In this document: piece by piece, positions 37,441 to 47,382 of the stretch
Layout: each line of letters opens with the position of its first letter
Position numbering within the stretch: position 1 is the first letter of the stretch
IMG/VR virus record: IMGVR_UViG_3300020403_002374
Location: 1 to 64,000 of that record
DNA length: 64,000 nucleotides
Reading direction: 5' to 3' (one strand)
DNA from: a virus
Notes under the pieces: model-generated
The model's input: the letters and a program-made list of their open reading frames with translations, nothing else
Databases searched by the model: none
Told to the model about the DNA's origin: nothing
Translations under genes and position numbers: made by a program

Positions 37441-38098
37441 AAAAGGGAGTATTAGAGTAAAGAACAAGGGCGTAAGACCCTTTGCTGGATCTAGTCTTTT
37501 GGAAATAAAGATAAAGCAATTGTTAGATTGTTCACTTATCCATGAAGTGATGGTTGGTACAAATGATCCAATAGCAAAAAGTATAGCTAAAAAGTACCCA
37601 GTAATTATTGCTGATAGAAGCGAGAGGGTTTGTGATGAGAAACTGTCTACAGCAAATGATATGATATTTGATTTGGCTAGTAGGGCAGACTCATCCGTTA
37701 CAAACATTGTATGGGCACATTGCACAAATCCACTTATTGATGAGAAAATTTATGATGAAGCAATCGACATTTTTATCAAAGGACAGTCAATGACGATGTT
37801 CGATTCGTTAGTTTCCGCATCAGAACTACGCAGTCATGTTTGGCAAGATTATGAACCTCTTAACTTTAACCCATACGGTGATCGTCATCCATTAGCTTCA
37901 GAGCTTGAACCATACTGTTATCAGAACGGTGGTATTTTCATTCAACCCAGAAAACAAATGGTGGATAATAAATATTTCTACGGCCAAAACCCACACTTAT
38001 TTTTAATCGACGAATACGATGCAATTGACATAGATACACCAAAAGATTTTAAAATAGCTGAACTTTTATATGAGGACAAATATGGAAACGCAAGATAA
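37412..38098 (+). CDS. Acylneuraminate cytidylyltransferase (NeuA/CMAS-like)
   Basis: AIIPVRKGSIRVKNK, CTNPL, QNGGIFI, IDIDTPKDF. Confidence 0.88.
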   Translation: MKNLAIIPVRKGSIRVKNKGVRPFAGSSLLEIKIKQLLDCSLIHEVMVGTNDPIAKSIAKKYPVIIADRSERVCDEKLSTANDMIFDLASRADSSVTNIVWAHCTNPLIDEKIYDEAIDIFIKGQSMTMFDSLVSASELRSHVWQDYEPLNFNPYGDRHPLASELEPYCYQNGGIFIQPRKQMVDNKYFYGQNPHLFLIDEYDAIDIDTPKDFKIAELLYEDKYGNAR

Positions 38099-38450
38099 AA
38101 CTTGGGGCAAAAATACGGTAATTCACAGTAGTGAAAATTCTATTGTTTGTTTTGCAGAAATAGATCCCGGTGGATTTTGTTCGGTTCATATTCATGAGGA
38201 CAGGCACAATTGGTTTCAGGTAGCAGAAGGTTCTGTTACCATCCATATATGGAATCATACCGATCAAGATGCAGAAGGTATACCAGCAAATTATGAACTA
38301 ACGTCAGATAGTGATCCAATTTGCCTTGAGGCTGGAATACCACACCAATTTTACAGTGAAGAAGGGTGCAAGCTAGTTGAAGTTTATACGCCCGCATCTG
38401 ACAGCCCTATTAATTTCGACGACATAATTAGACTGAGGTTAAATTTATGA
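38082..38450 (+). CDS. Cupin-fold protein (sugar isomerase-like)
   Basis: KTWG, CSVHIH, PHQF, EV...DDIIR. Confidence 0.8.
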   Translation: METQDKTWGKNTVIHSSENSIVCFAEIDPGGFCSVHIHEDRHNWFQVAEGSVTIHIWNHTDQDAEGIPANYELTSDSDPICLEAGIPHQFYSEEGCKLVEVYTPASDSPINFDDIIRLRLNL

Positions 38451-39037
38451 GTGTAGATCAATACTACAACATGGAGCTTGAGAGAGCAAGCGACATCAAT
38501 GAGCACCTTCCGGTTTTGCTAGAACTTGCAAATGATTGTGATACAATTGTAGAGCTAGGAACAAGGTGGGTGGTAAGTACATGGGCGTTTTTAAAATCTT
38601 CCGCAACAAGAATTACAATGTGCGACTTAAAAGAGCCAGATGTTTGGCATGATAGTCCAGAAAATCCAAGCCCAACACCTTGTAAGCTAGAAGAAGTCAT
38701 CCAGTCTGCACCCGACAAAGATGTTAATTTTATTAAGGGTAGTAGCCTAGATTTAGAGATTACAGATACAGACCTGCTTTTTATCGACACTTGGCACTGT
38801 TACGATCAATTAAAAGCAGAATTGGACAAGCACGCTCACGCAGTAAATAAATATATTGTACTACACGATGTAGTGTTATTTAAATATGTTGGCGAAAACT
38901 TTTACGGTGATCAAACTCGTCAGTATGAAGGTCTGCAAAAAGCTGTAGATGAGTTCCTAGAAGAAAACAAGAACTGGTCTGTTCATCAATGGCATACAAA
39001 CAATAATGGATTGGGAGTGCTAAAAAGAAATGACTAA
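38447..39037 (+). CDS. Class I SAM methyltransferase (Methyltransf_24-like)
   Basis: SDINEHL, VELGT, DLLFIDTWH, HD, NNNGL. Confidence 0.85.
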   Translation: MSVDQYYNMELERASDINEHLPVLLELANDCDTIVELGTRWVVSTWAFLKSSATRITMCDLKEPDVWHDSPENPSPTPCKLEEVIQSAPDKDVNFIKGSSLDLEITDTDLLFIDTWHCYDQLKAELDKHAHAVNKYIVLHDVVLFKYVGENFYGDQTRQYEGLQKAVDEFLEENKNWSVHQWHTNNNGLGVLKRND

Positions 39038-39779
39038 ATTACAACTGCCTGATGTAGCAATTTTTACTTTCTGTTGGGGTACAGAGCATGTAGAGAAGTC
39101 TCTTAGAGCCATGCTAATCGCAATGGATCAGGTAGATTTTAAGCGTAGCGTTCTAATTACTGATAGTGATAAAACTGATTTGTCGTTATTCGGTCAAGCT
39201 ATTGACAAACACAATATCGAAGTCTGTGATATGAGTGTCGATCTCAATAGCAATTTACAGAATGATGATAAGAATCGAAGCGGTTTCTGTGAATCATTCG
39301 TTCAACAAACAAATAAATACATTTTGGATGATTTCTGTTTGAATGTTCAGCATGACTCGACTATAATAGATAGTACCAAGTGGGACAATCGTTTTTTGGA
39401 TTACGACTACATCGGTGCCCCTTGGCCCATGAACATTATTCAAGCAAGCGATATGGTTGCTGGACGCATACAAGAGATACCGAACGTTGTTGGCAACGGA
39501 GGGTTCTCTTTGAGAACACGTAAGTTTGTAGAAGAATCGGCAAAGCTAGGTTGGGAACATAAGAACGAAGACCTCAATATTTGTGTTTTCAATTATGACA
39601 CAATGACTTCAGCAGGAATCAAATTTGCACCACCTAGTTTAGCGGCTAAATTCTCAAAAGAACATCCAACGCCATATGGCATGTTTTCCAGATCGTTACT
39701 ATTTACATACGAGTCGTTTGGATTTCATGGCGACTTTAACGTAGCTGGCATGGATTTTATTGAACATTACAATTTATAA
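39030..39779 (+). CDS. DUF5672-like GT-A-related protein
   Basis: QHD, DYDYIGAPW, VGNGGFSLR, NED, FGFH. Confidence 0.8.
   Translation: MTKLQLPDVAIFTFCWGTEHVEKSLRAMLIAMDQVDFKRSVLITDSDKTDLSLFGQAIDKHNIEVCDMSVDLNSNLQNDDKNRSGFCESFVQQTNKYILDDFCLNVQHDSTIIDSTKWDNRFLDYDYIGAPWPMNIIQASDMVAGRIQEIPNVVGNGGFSLRTRKFVEESAKLGWEHKNEDLNICVFNYDTMTSAGIKFAPPSLAAKFSKEHPTPYGMFSRSLLFTYESFGFHGDFNVAGMDFIEHYNL
39339..39368 (+). promoter_or_regulatory. Intragenic promoter, GACTATAATA class
   Basis: TTGAAT-17-TATAAT with GAC before the -10. Confidence 0.55.
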
Positions 39780-39787
39780 GGAATAAA

Positions 39788-40417
39788 ATGAAGGTTTTAG
39801 ACACTAGAGATGATTATCTAGACTATGTAAAAACACTGTTACCACAAAACCCAAAGGTTCTAGAAATTGGTGTTGAATATGGTCATTTTTCGGAAAAGAT
39901 TTTGAAGGTTCTACAACCCTCAGAATTGCATTTGCTAGACCCTTGGGAGTGGAATCCCGGCAACGGGTTGGTGTATCAGGAGGGGCATATGACAGGAACC
40001 CCTACTGCACACAGTAATGTGACAATGCAAATCAATATAGAAAGAAAATATGAGGCACAGATCTCTGCGGGACAAATCTACGTTCATAGAGGTTACTCAC
40101 ATGAACTAGTCGATACCTTTGATACAGCCTACTTTGACTTTATCTATTTAGACGGGTGTCATTTGTACGAGTCTGTCAAGAAAGATATTGAGGGTTACAT
40201 CAAAAAAGTCCAGCCAGATGGTATTTTGGGTGGTCACGATTATATTAGTCAAGAAACAAAGTTTGTGCAACAAGGTGTCGAGTACACAAACCAACTTGGT
40301 TACGGTATTAAACAAGCACTAGATGAATTTCTAGAGGTCAACCCTCAATTAGAATTGTGTGCGTTGGTCAGTAGTGACATGCCGTTTCCAGATTGGGCAA
40401 TTAGGAGGAAAAGCTAA
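39788..40417 (+). CDS. Class I SAM methyltransferase (Methyltransf_24-like)
   Basis: LEIGVEYG, DPW, DFIYLDGCH, GHDY. Confidence 0.88.
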   Translation: MKVLDTRDDYLDYVKTLLPQNPKVLEIGVEYGHFSEKILKVLQPSELHLLDPWEWNPGNGLVYQEGHMTGTPTAHSNVTMQINIERKYEAQISAGQIYVHRGYSHELVDTFDTAYFDFIYLDGCHLYESVKKDIEGYIKKVQPDGILGGHDYISQETKFVQQGVEYTNQLGYGIKQALDEFLEVNPQLELCALVSSDMPFPDWAIRRKS

Positions 40418-41484
40418 TGAAGGTTCTTTATATTGGATATTACAGAGAGCATAGTGATTGGTCGGAATCGGCTATAAATAATATGCTTGCTCTAGAAAAG
40501 GCTGGGTGCGATGTTGTCGCAAGGTGCATAGAATTCAGTAAGGGTGAAACACCTAATGAAATTAAACATCTAGAAAACAAAGACCTAGAAGGTGTGGAGT
40601 ACTGTATTCAACACGTATTCCCCCATCATATGATTGGAACTAATAAATTTAAAAAGAATGTCGGATATTTTTGTAATGAGCATGTCGATATTCAACACTC
40701 TACTTGGGTAGAAAAACTTGAACTGATGGATGAGGTGTGGACACCGACTGGATCGGTAGGGGTCAAAATGCCTCACGCTGTTAGTCATGAAAAGTTTAGC
40801 AACAATTATTCTGGCATGTCCGTCCCAGCACTAGACGCTACATTTAAATTTTATAATATAGTAAATACAAACTCGCTACCTAGTGTTATCAAGGCTTTCC
40901 ATAGTGAATTTAGCACATTTGAGCCAGTCAACCTGATTTTACAAGTAGACTCATTTCAACAAGACCAAGAACTTCACAATACTCTAGAGTCTAAGATCAC
41001 AGATATAAAAACAGGACTAGGTTTACAACCAGATCCTAGAATGTACAAGAGAGACTTTATCTCCACCAGTTGGGCATCACCGTTAAGTAAATTTCAGTTA
41101 CACGACTATGCAGACTGTTACATTTCTAACAATAATCCATCTATCACTAGTCATGACATTGAAGCTGTGGCATTTGGAAATACACCTTTGGTAGCATCCT
41201 TAAATCCAATTGTTGACATTTTTGATTCTGTGCAAAAAATTAATAGTATTTATGTTTCAAAATCACGGTCAGAATCATCGTTGTTTAGAGATATGAATAA
41301 CTCTCTAGACTTTTCAATTTCTGTGTGCGAAAGAGATTTGAGACAAAAAATGAGAGACACCTATGAAAAATGGAAACAAGATCCAATGACTTCTATAGAA
41401 AATAGAAAAAATGGAATCAATGCTGTTGCAGAACTATCTCTAGAAAAAACAGGAGAAAAAATGAAGGAGGCTTTAAGTGTTTAA
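40417..41484 (+). CDS. Degenerate GT-B glycosyltransferase-like protein
   Basis: MDEVWTP, FKFY, IKAFHSEF; E-x7-E motif reduced to HDIEAVAFG. Confidence 0.65.
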   Translation: MKVLYIGYYREHSDWSESAINNMLALEKAGCDVVARCIEFSKGETPNEIKHLENKDLEGVEYCIQHVFPHHMIGTNKFKKNVGYFCNEHVDIQHSTWVEKLELMDEVWTPTGSVGVKMPHAVSHEKFSNNYSGMSVPALDATFKFYNIVNTNSLPSVIKAFHSEFSTFEPVNLILQVDSFQQDQELHNTLESKITDIKTGLGLQPDPRMYKRDFISTSWASPLSKFQLHDYADCYISNNNPSITSHDIEAVAFGNTPLVASLNPIVDIFDSVQKINSIYVSKSRSESSLFRDMNNSLDFSISVCERDLRQKMRDTYEKWKQDPMTSIENRKNGINAVAELSLEKTGEKMKEALSV

Positions 41485-42448
41485 AACTTTAAATATACTA
41501 GATTCTACAAACACGGGGCGTAAAGAAAAACTAAATATCTTGACTTTTAATACTCATGAGAGATATCAAACTCAGCTATCTAAAACTGGGCACGACTTTT
41601 ATTGTTTTAATTTTGATCAAGGCAAAGAATGGTTTTCTGAACACGCACCGATGCCAGAAAATCACTATCAGCTACCGAAAAACTCTGTTTACCCCGGAAT
41701 TGTTTTTGATTTAATTCTAGTCCAAAGCAAATTTGGTCAGTTTCAAACGGCATCTAATATAAACTCAAAACTGCAACTACCAGTAGTGGTTTTAGAACAT
41801 ACTCTTCCGCACAAAAACTGGCCTCAAAACCATACGGATCAGTTCAGGTCAATGGTAGGTGAGAAAAATGTTTTTATCACAGAATACTCTAAAGGTAAGT
41901 GGGGTATTCCGGGTGATGTAATTTATCATTCTGTTGATACAAATGTGTTTAAACCAGCGAGTGGCGAGTCAAAAGCACAGGTTCTGACTGTTGCTCACGA
42001 CTTCATCAATCGGGATTATGCTCTGAACTTTAAAGGGTGGGATCGGATTACTCAGGGGTTGAATAGGGTTGTTGTTGGAGAAACAGAGGGGTTATCTAAA
42101 GCAGCAGAATCTGTAGACGAGCTAGTAAAAGCGTATCAACAGTCTTTGGTATATATTAATCCAAGCACGCTCAGTCCTGTTCCTACGTCCATGCTAGAGG
42201 CTATGGCTTGCGGCTGTGCGGTCGTAACAACAGAAACGTGTGAGATTCCTAATTTTATTAAACACGGCGAGAATGGCTTTATGTCGAACGATGAGACAGA
42301 ACTAAGGGGGTACATCGAGAAACTACTTGCCGATCCCGAACTTGCAATACACATTGGTAATAATGCAAGACAAACTATTAAAGAAAAGTTTTCAGAAGAA
42401 CGATTTATTAATGAATGGAACAAAATATTTTATGGAGTAGTAAAATGA
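41477..42448 (+). CDS. GT4 glycosyltransferase
   Basis: SVDTNVF, LEAMACG, HGENG, NARQTI; GTG start. Confidence 0.88.
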   Translation: MFKTLNILDSTNTGRKEKLNILTFNTHERYQTQLSKTGHDFYCFNFDQGKEWFSEHAPMPENHYQLPKNSVYPGIVFDLILVQSKFGQFQTASNINSKLQLPVVVLEHTLPHKNWPQNHTDQFRSMVGEKNVFITEYSKGKWGIPGDVIYHSVDTNVFKPASGESKAQVLTVAHDFINRDYALNFKGWDRITQGLNRVVVGETEGLSKAAESVDELVKAYQQSLVYINPSTLSPVPTSMLEAMACGCAVVTTETCEIPNFIKHGENGFMSNDETELRGYIEKLLADPELAIHIGNNARQTIKEKFSEERFINEWNKIFYGVVK

Positions 42449-42858
42449 AATTACAGGTTATTAAACCAAACCAAGAACCAATTAGCGGTTATGAGACAGT
42501 TGTATTGACAGACACTCTAGATCTTTCGCATGTTATAGCCAATTCTTGTGAAAGTGTTTTTTGTCCAGATATCTGCGACATGTTCCCAGCAGTGGACTTG
42601 GCTAAAGGTATTGAAGCGTTAGTTTCTAAAATGAGGATTGGTGCTAGTATTGTTTTAGGGGGTACAGACATTAGAGCTTTTAGTAAAAATGTTTCTAACG
42701 GACTTGTGCCACTGTTAGAAGCATCAAATATTATTGGTATCTGTCGTTCTATGACAACTCCAGATTCAATTATTCAGGTCTTTTCGTCTTTGGGTTTAAA
42801 TATTGAATCTGTAAATATAGACGGTATTCATTACGAAGTAAAAGCTAGGAGATCCTAA
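42445..42858 (+). CDS. Hypothetical protein, possible truncated methyltransferase fold
   Basis: LVSKMRIGASIVLGGTD resembles the MTase L(K/R)PGG strand. Confidence 0.5.
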   Translation: MKLQVIKPNQEPISGYETVVLTDTLDLSHVIANSCESVFCPDICDMFPAVDLAKGIEALVSKMRIGASIVLGGTDIRAFSKNVSNGLVPLLEASNIIGICRSMTTPDSIIQVFSSLGLNIESVNIDGIHYEVKARRS

Positions 42859-43595
42859 TGGATTGTGATGGTTGCGTATTCAACATTATGGACAACAACC
42901 CTCCGTCCAGTGGTGGTCCTTGGGCTGGAAACCAAATTGGGTGCAAGGCGGGTAGAATTGAAAAGTATATTGAAAGAGGTGAAGCTACACTTTCTTTAGG
43001 TAGAAAATTCTATGAACTAAAGCGATTTTGCAATATGTACAGAGATGAGGATGGCGTAACCCCAGAGAAAGCAAGAAAGCAAGTAAAGCAAAATTTTGGG
43101 GTTGTTATCGAAGATAGTTTGGATGCAAACACTTGGGAAGAACTTTTAGAGTTAGTAGACAGGGTTTTGCAGATTGACTATGATCCAGCACATATAAAAA
43201 TCATTATCTCTACAAATAGAAAGCGTGGAGTTAACAACGTATGCACCTTGGTCGATAAAATGCGGAAAACCTTTAGGCACTCAAGAGCAGTCTTTCACGA
43301 ACACGATGTACAAGATTTAAAGGAGTACGAAGATTTTTCTCAAATTACAAACGCTACCTATTTTGTAAACCTTAAAACTTGGAAGAATCCAAAATTTCAA
43401 AATGGATTTTTACAAGATATTGATGAAAGAACTAATGACCAACTGATACCTATTGTTATAGAAAAATTCGATGGGTTCTACGTAGTTCTAAAACAAGCTG
43501 TCAACTCTGTATACTTAGACTTTTATGATTACGAAAAAACAGTAGAGGCTATTTATAAAGTAGCTCAGGAGGGCGACAGTGGGAAAGCGGAATAA
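42858..43595 (+). CDS. Cys-rich N-terminus with degenerate GT-A-like domain
   Basis: CDGCVF...C...FCNMYR; alpha/beta C-terminal part lacking a DxD motif. Confidence 0.5.
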   Translation: MDCDGCVFNIMDNNPPSSGGPWAGNQIGCKAGRIEKYIERGEATLSLGRKFYELKRFCNMYRDEDGVTPEKARKQVKQNFGVVIEDSLDANTWEELLELVDRVLQIDYDPAHIKIIISTNRKRGVNNVCTLVDKMRKTFRHSRAVFHEHDVQDLKEYEDFSQITNATYFVNLKTWKNPKFQNGFLQDIDERTNDQLIPIVIEKFDGFYVVLKQAVNSVYLDFYDYEKTVEAIYKVAQEGDSGKAE

Positions 43596-44337
43596 CTCAA
43601 CCTTCGTAGTCAGTCCCAAATCTAACGATAGCAATGGGAAAAGAGAAGAAAAAGTAACATTTATATTGCTTGCGGAAAACTATGGGTACAGAATGAAATC
43701 TTATGGACCGCTTTCTTTGATAGATATACATGGTAAAACACTTTTAGAGCATCAAATTCAAGCAATCTCGTCAACATTTATAAATTTTGAGATTATTCTT
43801 TGCTCTGGATTTGAAACAAATAAAGTATACCATTTTATACAAAACAATTTTCCACCAAGTTTGCCAATCAGAATTGTAGAAAATCAAGTATATTACCATT
43901 CAAACTGCTGCGAAGGTTTAAGGCTTTGCATGAATAACACTATGAACGATAAGATAGTCGTATGCGGTGGCGGTGTATTACTAACAACGGACTATCTAAG
44001 GTCTTTAAATACTAGAAGATCTTCAATAATGTATCAGCTATCTGACAAGAAAGAAAATTTTGAAGTAGGTATAGTCAAAAATGAAGCCAATAGATTAGAA
44101 AATCTTTCACTCGCAGTTAGGGACAGAGTTTGGACTGAGCTATTGTATATAACTGGAACACCACTTGTGAAATCCTTTTACAATATGGTTTCTAAACCGG
44201 AACTAAAAAACAAATTCTTGTTTGAAGCAATAAATAATTGGAGGGGTAGAAAAAGTTTACACCTAGAAGAAAATGCAAATAACTCTATAATTAAAATAGA
44301 CAATATTAAAACACTGAAAAGGATCAAAAAGAAATGA
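43579..44337 (+). CDS. Nucleotidyltransferase-like protein (LicC/GlmU fold), degenerate
   Basis: LLAENYGYRMKSYGPLSL...TLLEHQI, IVEN, KIDN. Confidence 0.7.
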   Translation: MGKRNNSTFVVSPKSNDSNGKREEKVTFILLAENYGYRMKSYGPLSLIDIHGKTLLEHQIQAISSTFINFEIILCSGFETNKVYHFIQNNFPPSLPIRIVENQVYYHSNCCEGLRLCMNNTMNDKIVVCGGGVLLTTDYLRSLNTRRSSIMYQLSDKKENFEVGIVKNEANRLENLSLAVRDRVWTELLYITGTPLVKSFYNMVSKPELKNKFLFEAINNWRGRKSLHLEENANNSIIKIDNIKTLKRIKKK

Positions 44338-45212
44338 AATTATTAATTCACAATTACGCTGACCACAAATCTTCGGAACCTATATATCTTTATCAAGCAC
44401 TTCAATATGCGAATATTGATGTTGCAATTTGGTCTGATCCAAACGCCAGTGCTTTTGATGTATTTGACAGGGCAAAGCCAGATGTGTTTATCACACACTA
44501 TAGGTTTATCACTAATGACATTCTAACTTATTTGAATCAATCATCAAAAAATATAAGATTGGTTGTTAATGTTACAGATGCCTCGGAAACACAACTAGAT
44601 TCAATTAAATCCGTACTTCCTGAAAATTATTTGTTGTTCACTAATAGTTTTAATGGGCCAAGCGGTGTTGAAACCATTTACCCAGCAGCAGATATTTTCC
44701 AACAACCGTCCAATGACTTTAATCTTCCCAACCTGAAAAAACTCAGCGTTGGTTTAATTTCTGATAAAAATTCCGATACATTACAGGAAATTGCTGGTAA
44801 AAATAGCGTTTACCATATACTATATATGGGCGAAGATAAGGACTATGCAGACTTTGATCTTAGAGCAGATGTTAGATCGTTAAAGAGAATTATGAAATTG
44901 TATGAGCAAATTCACTTGGTTGGAGATTCTAATCTGTGTACATCACAGCTATTCTTTGACTTGTGCTTGTTCTCTGATAATCTTAGGGTAACATCTACTG
45001 AGCAAGAAAAATTTAACAAAACCATGTCTAAGATATTTGATGATGTTTCAGATGTTGAAGATGTACAGAAAGAGATGAAGTCTCAAGTCAAATTAAAGCA
45101 CACCCCGTTCCATAGAGCCGCTAGGTTGATGAAAATGTTAGGAGAAAAACGGGCTATGCAATCGTTAGAAACTATTAAATCTCAACTAGGCGAACTAATG
45201 AAGGATCTCTAA
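44334..45212 (+). CDS. Hypothetical protein, possibly GT-B-like
   Basis: FDRAKPDVFIT, PAAD, KHTPFHR. Confidence 0.6.
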   Translation: MKLLIHNYADHKSSEPIYLYQALQYANIDVAIWSDPNASAFDVFDRAKPDVFITHYRFITNDILTYLNQSSKNIRLVVNVTDASETQLDSIKSVLPENYLLFTNSFNGPSGVETIYPAADIFQQPSNDFNLPNLKKLSVGLISDKNSDTLQEIAGKNSVYHILYMGEDKDYADFDLRADVRSLKRIMKLYEQIHLVGDSNLCTSQLFFDLCLFSDNLRVTSTEQEKFNKTMSKIFDDVSDVEDVQKEMKSQVKLKHTPFHRAARLMKMLGEKRAMQSLETIKSQLGELMKDL

Positions 45213-45922
45213 TGAAATTGTTGATTCAATTCCCGACTTATGCAAGACCCGAAAAGTTTCTTCGGGTTTTAAATAAGTACGTCGAAACAGTCAGTAATCA
45301 TAATACAGTATTTTTTAACATCAATTGTGATGCGGCTGATTTAACTATGACAAATGCGTACATTCAAGAAAGAATCAAATTCATACTGGGTAAGATACCC
45401 AATGTAGATGGTGTGATTAATTATGATCAGAATACTACCAAGATTAGTGCAATCAACGACCACGTTGAAGAGCAAGAGTTTGACATTGTAGTTTGTGCCA
45501 GTGACGACATGGTTCCAAAGGCTTGGGGTTGGGACAATGAGATTGTTATTGCTATGCAAGAACACTTTCCAAATCTAGATGGGTGTGTTCATTTTAATGA
45601 TGGAAATACAGATGGAAAACTTATTACTTTTTCTATTCTTGGCAAAGAACTGTATAACCACTTTGGTTATATCTATCACCCGGACTATAAAAGCCTTTAT
45701 TGCGATGATGAGTTCACGCAGGAGGTAAGAGCTATGGGTAAAGAGAAATATATCAATAAGGTTATTATTAGTCACGAACATTGGAGCATTGAAGGCTCTG
45801 AAAATCATAACGAAACAGATATGGCTGTTCAAAAAACACTACACTTTTCAGGTCGAGATCAAGAGGTGTTTAATAGAAGAAAAAGTCTTGGATTTCCAAA
45901 ACAAAGGATTACAAATGACTAA
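45212..45922 (+). CDS. GT2-like glycosyltransferase
   Basis: PTYARP, KISAIN, ASDDM, YCDDE, HEH. Confidence 0.85.
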   Translation: MKLLIQFPTYARPEKFLRVLNKYVETVSNHNTVFFNINCDAADLTMTNAYIQERIKFILGKIPNVDGVINYDQNTTKISAINDHVEEQEFDIVVCASDDMVPKAWGWDNEIVIAMQEHFPNLDGCVHFNDGNTDGKLITFSILGKELYNHFGYIYHPDYKSLYCDDEFTQEVRAMGKEKYINKVIISHEHWSIEGSENHNETDMAVQKTLHFSGRDQEVFNRRKSLGFPKQRITND

Positions 45923-46586
45923 AGTTATATCTTTTAGTTTGTGGGGTAATGACCCAAGATACACACAGGGTATGGTAAGAAATGCAGAACTGGCTAAAGA
46001 AGTCTACCCAGACTGGACTGTAACTCTTTACGCACATCAAGATGTAAACCAAGACATATTGCAAGTTTTAGAAAACTTAGATGTTCAGATTCGCTTGATG
46101 ACTACTCAGAATTGGAAAGCAAGTATGTGGAGATTCTATCAAGCCGATGGGCCAAACACGGTTATCGTTAGAGATGCCGATAGTAGAATTTCTTACAGGG
46201 AAAAATTTGCTGTCGATGAATGGCTTGCAAGTGACAAAGATTTTCATATCATAAGAGATCATCCTTATCACGCTGTACCAATTATGGCTGGTATGTGGGG
46301 TGCAAGAAATGGAATCTTAAAAGGAATAACCGATCAGATTGAAAGATACGAAGTAGACAAATTCGGTGTAGATCAAGACTTTCTTAAAGATGTAGTTTTC
46401 CCCAAGGTTGTAAAAGAATCTTTTGTACATGATACCTTTTACGGTCATAACCCAATACCCATCGCACAAAGACATCCAGATTTTTTCGTTGGGCAAGCGT
46501 ATGATGGAGCCGACAAAATACTAGATGCCGATGGTAACTTCCAGAAATATTTTGAAGTGGAGAAAATAAATGCGGGTATTCGCTAA
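45915..46586 (+). CDS. Putative GT-A glycosyltransferase
   Basis: ISFSLWG, MWRF, RDADSR, RDHPYH, DQDFL. Confidence 0.75.
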   Translation: MTKVISFSLWGNDPRYTQGMVRNAELAKEVYPDWTVTLYAHQDVNQDILQVLENLDVQIRLMTTQNWKASMWRFYQADGPNTVIVRDADSRISYREKFAVDEWLASDKDFHIIRDHPYHAVPIMAGMWGARNGILKGITDQIERYEVDKFGVDQDFLKDVVFPKVVKESFVHDTFYGHNPIPIAQRHPDFFVGQAYDGADKILDADGNFQKYFEVEKINAGIR

Positions 46587-47382
46587 TGTAATGATACAAA
46601 ACGAGGCTCTGATTCTACCGCTTGTCTATGAGTACTGGAAGGATTACCCTATTGACCAGTGGGTTTTCTACAACGATAATTCTACAGATGCCACTCTAGA
46701 AGTTATAAACAGTTTGTTTCCAACCGCTATGGTCTTTGACAACAAAGATCCAAACTTTAGCGAAGCTAGAAATAGAGGAACAATGTTCGAGTATTCTAGG
46801 CAAAATGGTGCAGACTATGTACTTGCTATAGATGTGGATGAACTTCTTAGTGCTAATCTTGTAAATCATTGGTCGGAGCTTACAAACTGCGAATCTGAGT
46901 GTCAATTGTATTGGTATAATGTCGTGGGATCTGTAAATAAAATGCGGCAAGATCCGAGTTATTTAGAAAACTACAGAACGTTCTTTGTTCCTACCGCAAA
47001 AGCTGGAATGTTTAACCCCGGACATGTGACGTATCATACACCGAGAACACCACCTGTGTTTTTACCACAAACCAAAAGGAAAGACGTTGGAGTTATCCAT
47101 TTACAGTCTATAAATAAAAAATACTACGCTTTGAAACAGCTTTGGTATAAGCACTATGAGTGGGTAACTTGGAAAAAAGATCCTAATTATTTAAACGCAA
47201 TGTACGATGTGGTGGTTAATGGGTTGGATTTTTGTGAGCAAAATACCCCCGAAGAAATTGCTGGTGATTTAAAGTTCGATGCGTCTGTATACGACGAAAT
47301 AGCTGAAATCAAAGGCTATAGACAATTTATTCTAAATAATTATAATCCAACACTTGTAACATTTGGAGAACAATACCTGTGA
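46570..47382 (+). CDS. GT2-like glycosyltransferase
   Basis: NE, DNSTDAT, IDVDE. Confidence 0.8.
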   Translation: MRVFANVMIQNEALILPLVYEYWKDYPIDQWVFYNDNSTDATLEVINSLFPTAMVFDNKDPNFSEARNRGTMFEYSRQNGADYVLAIDVDELLSANLVNHWSELTNCESECQLYWYNVVGSVNKMRQDPSYLENYRTFFVPTAKAGMFNPGHVTYHTPRTPPVFLPQTKRKDVGVIHLQSINKKYYALKQLWYKHYEWVTWKKDPNYLNAMYDVVVNGLDFCEQNTPEEIAGDLKFDASVYDEIAEIKGYRQFILNNYNPTLVTFGEQYL

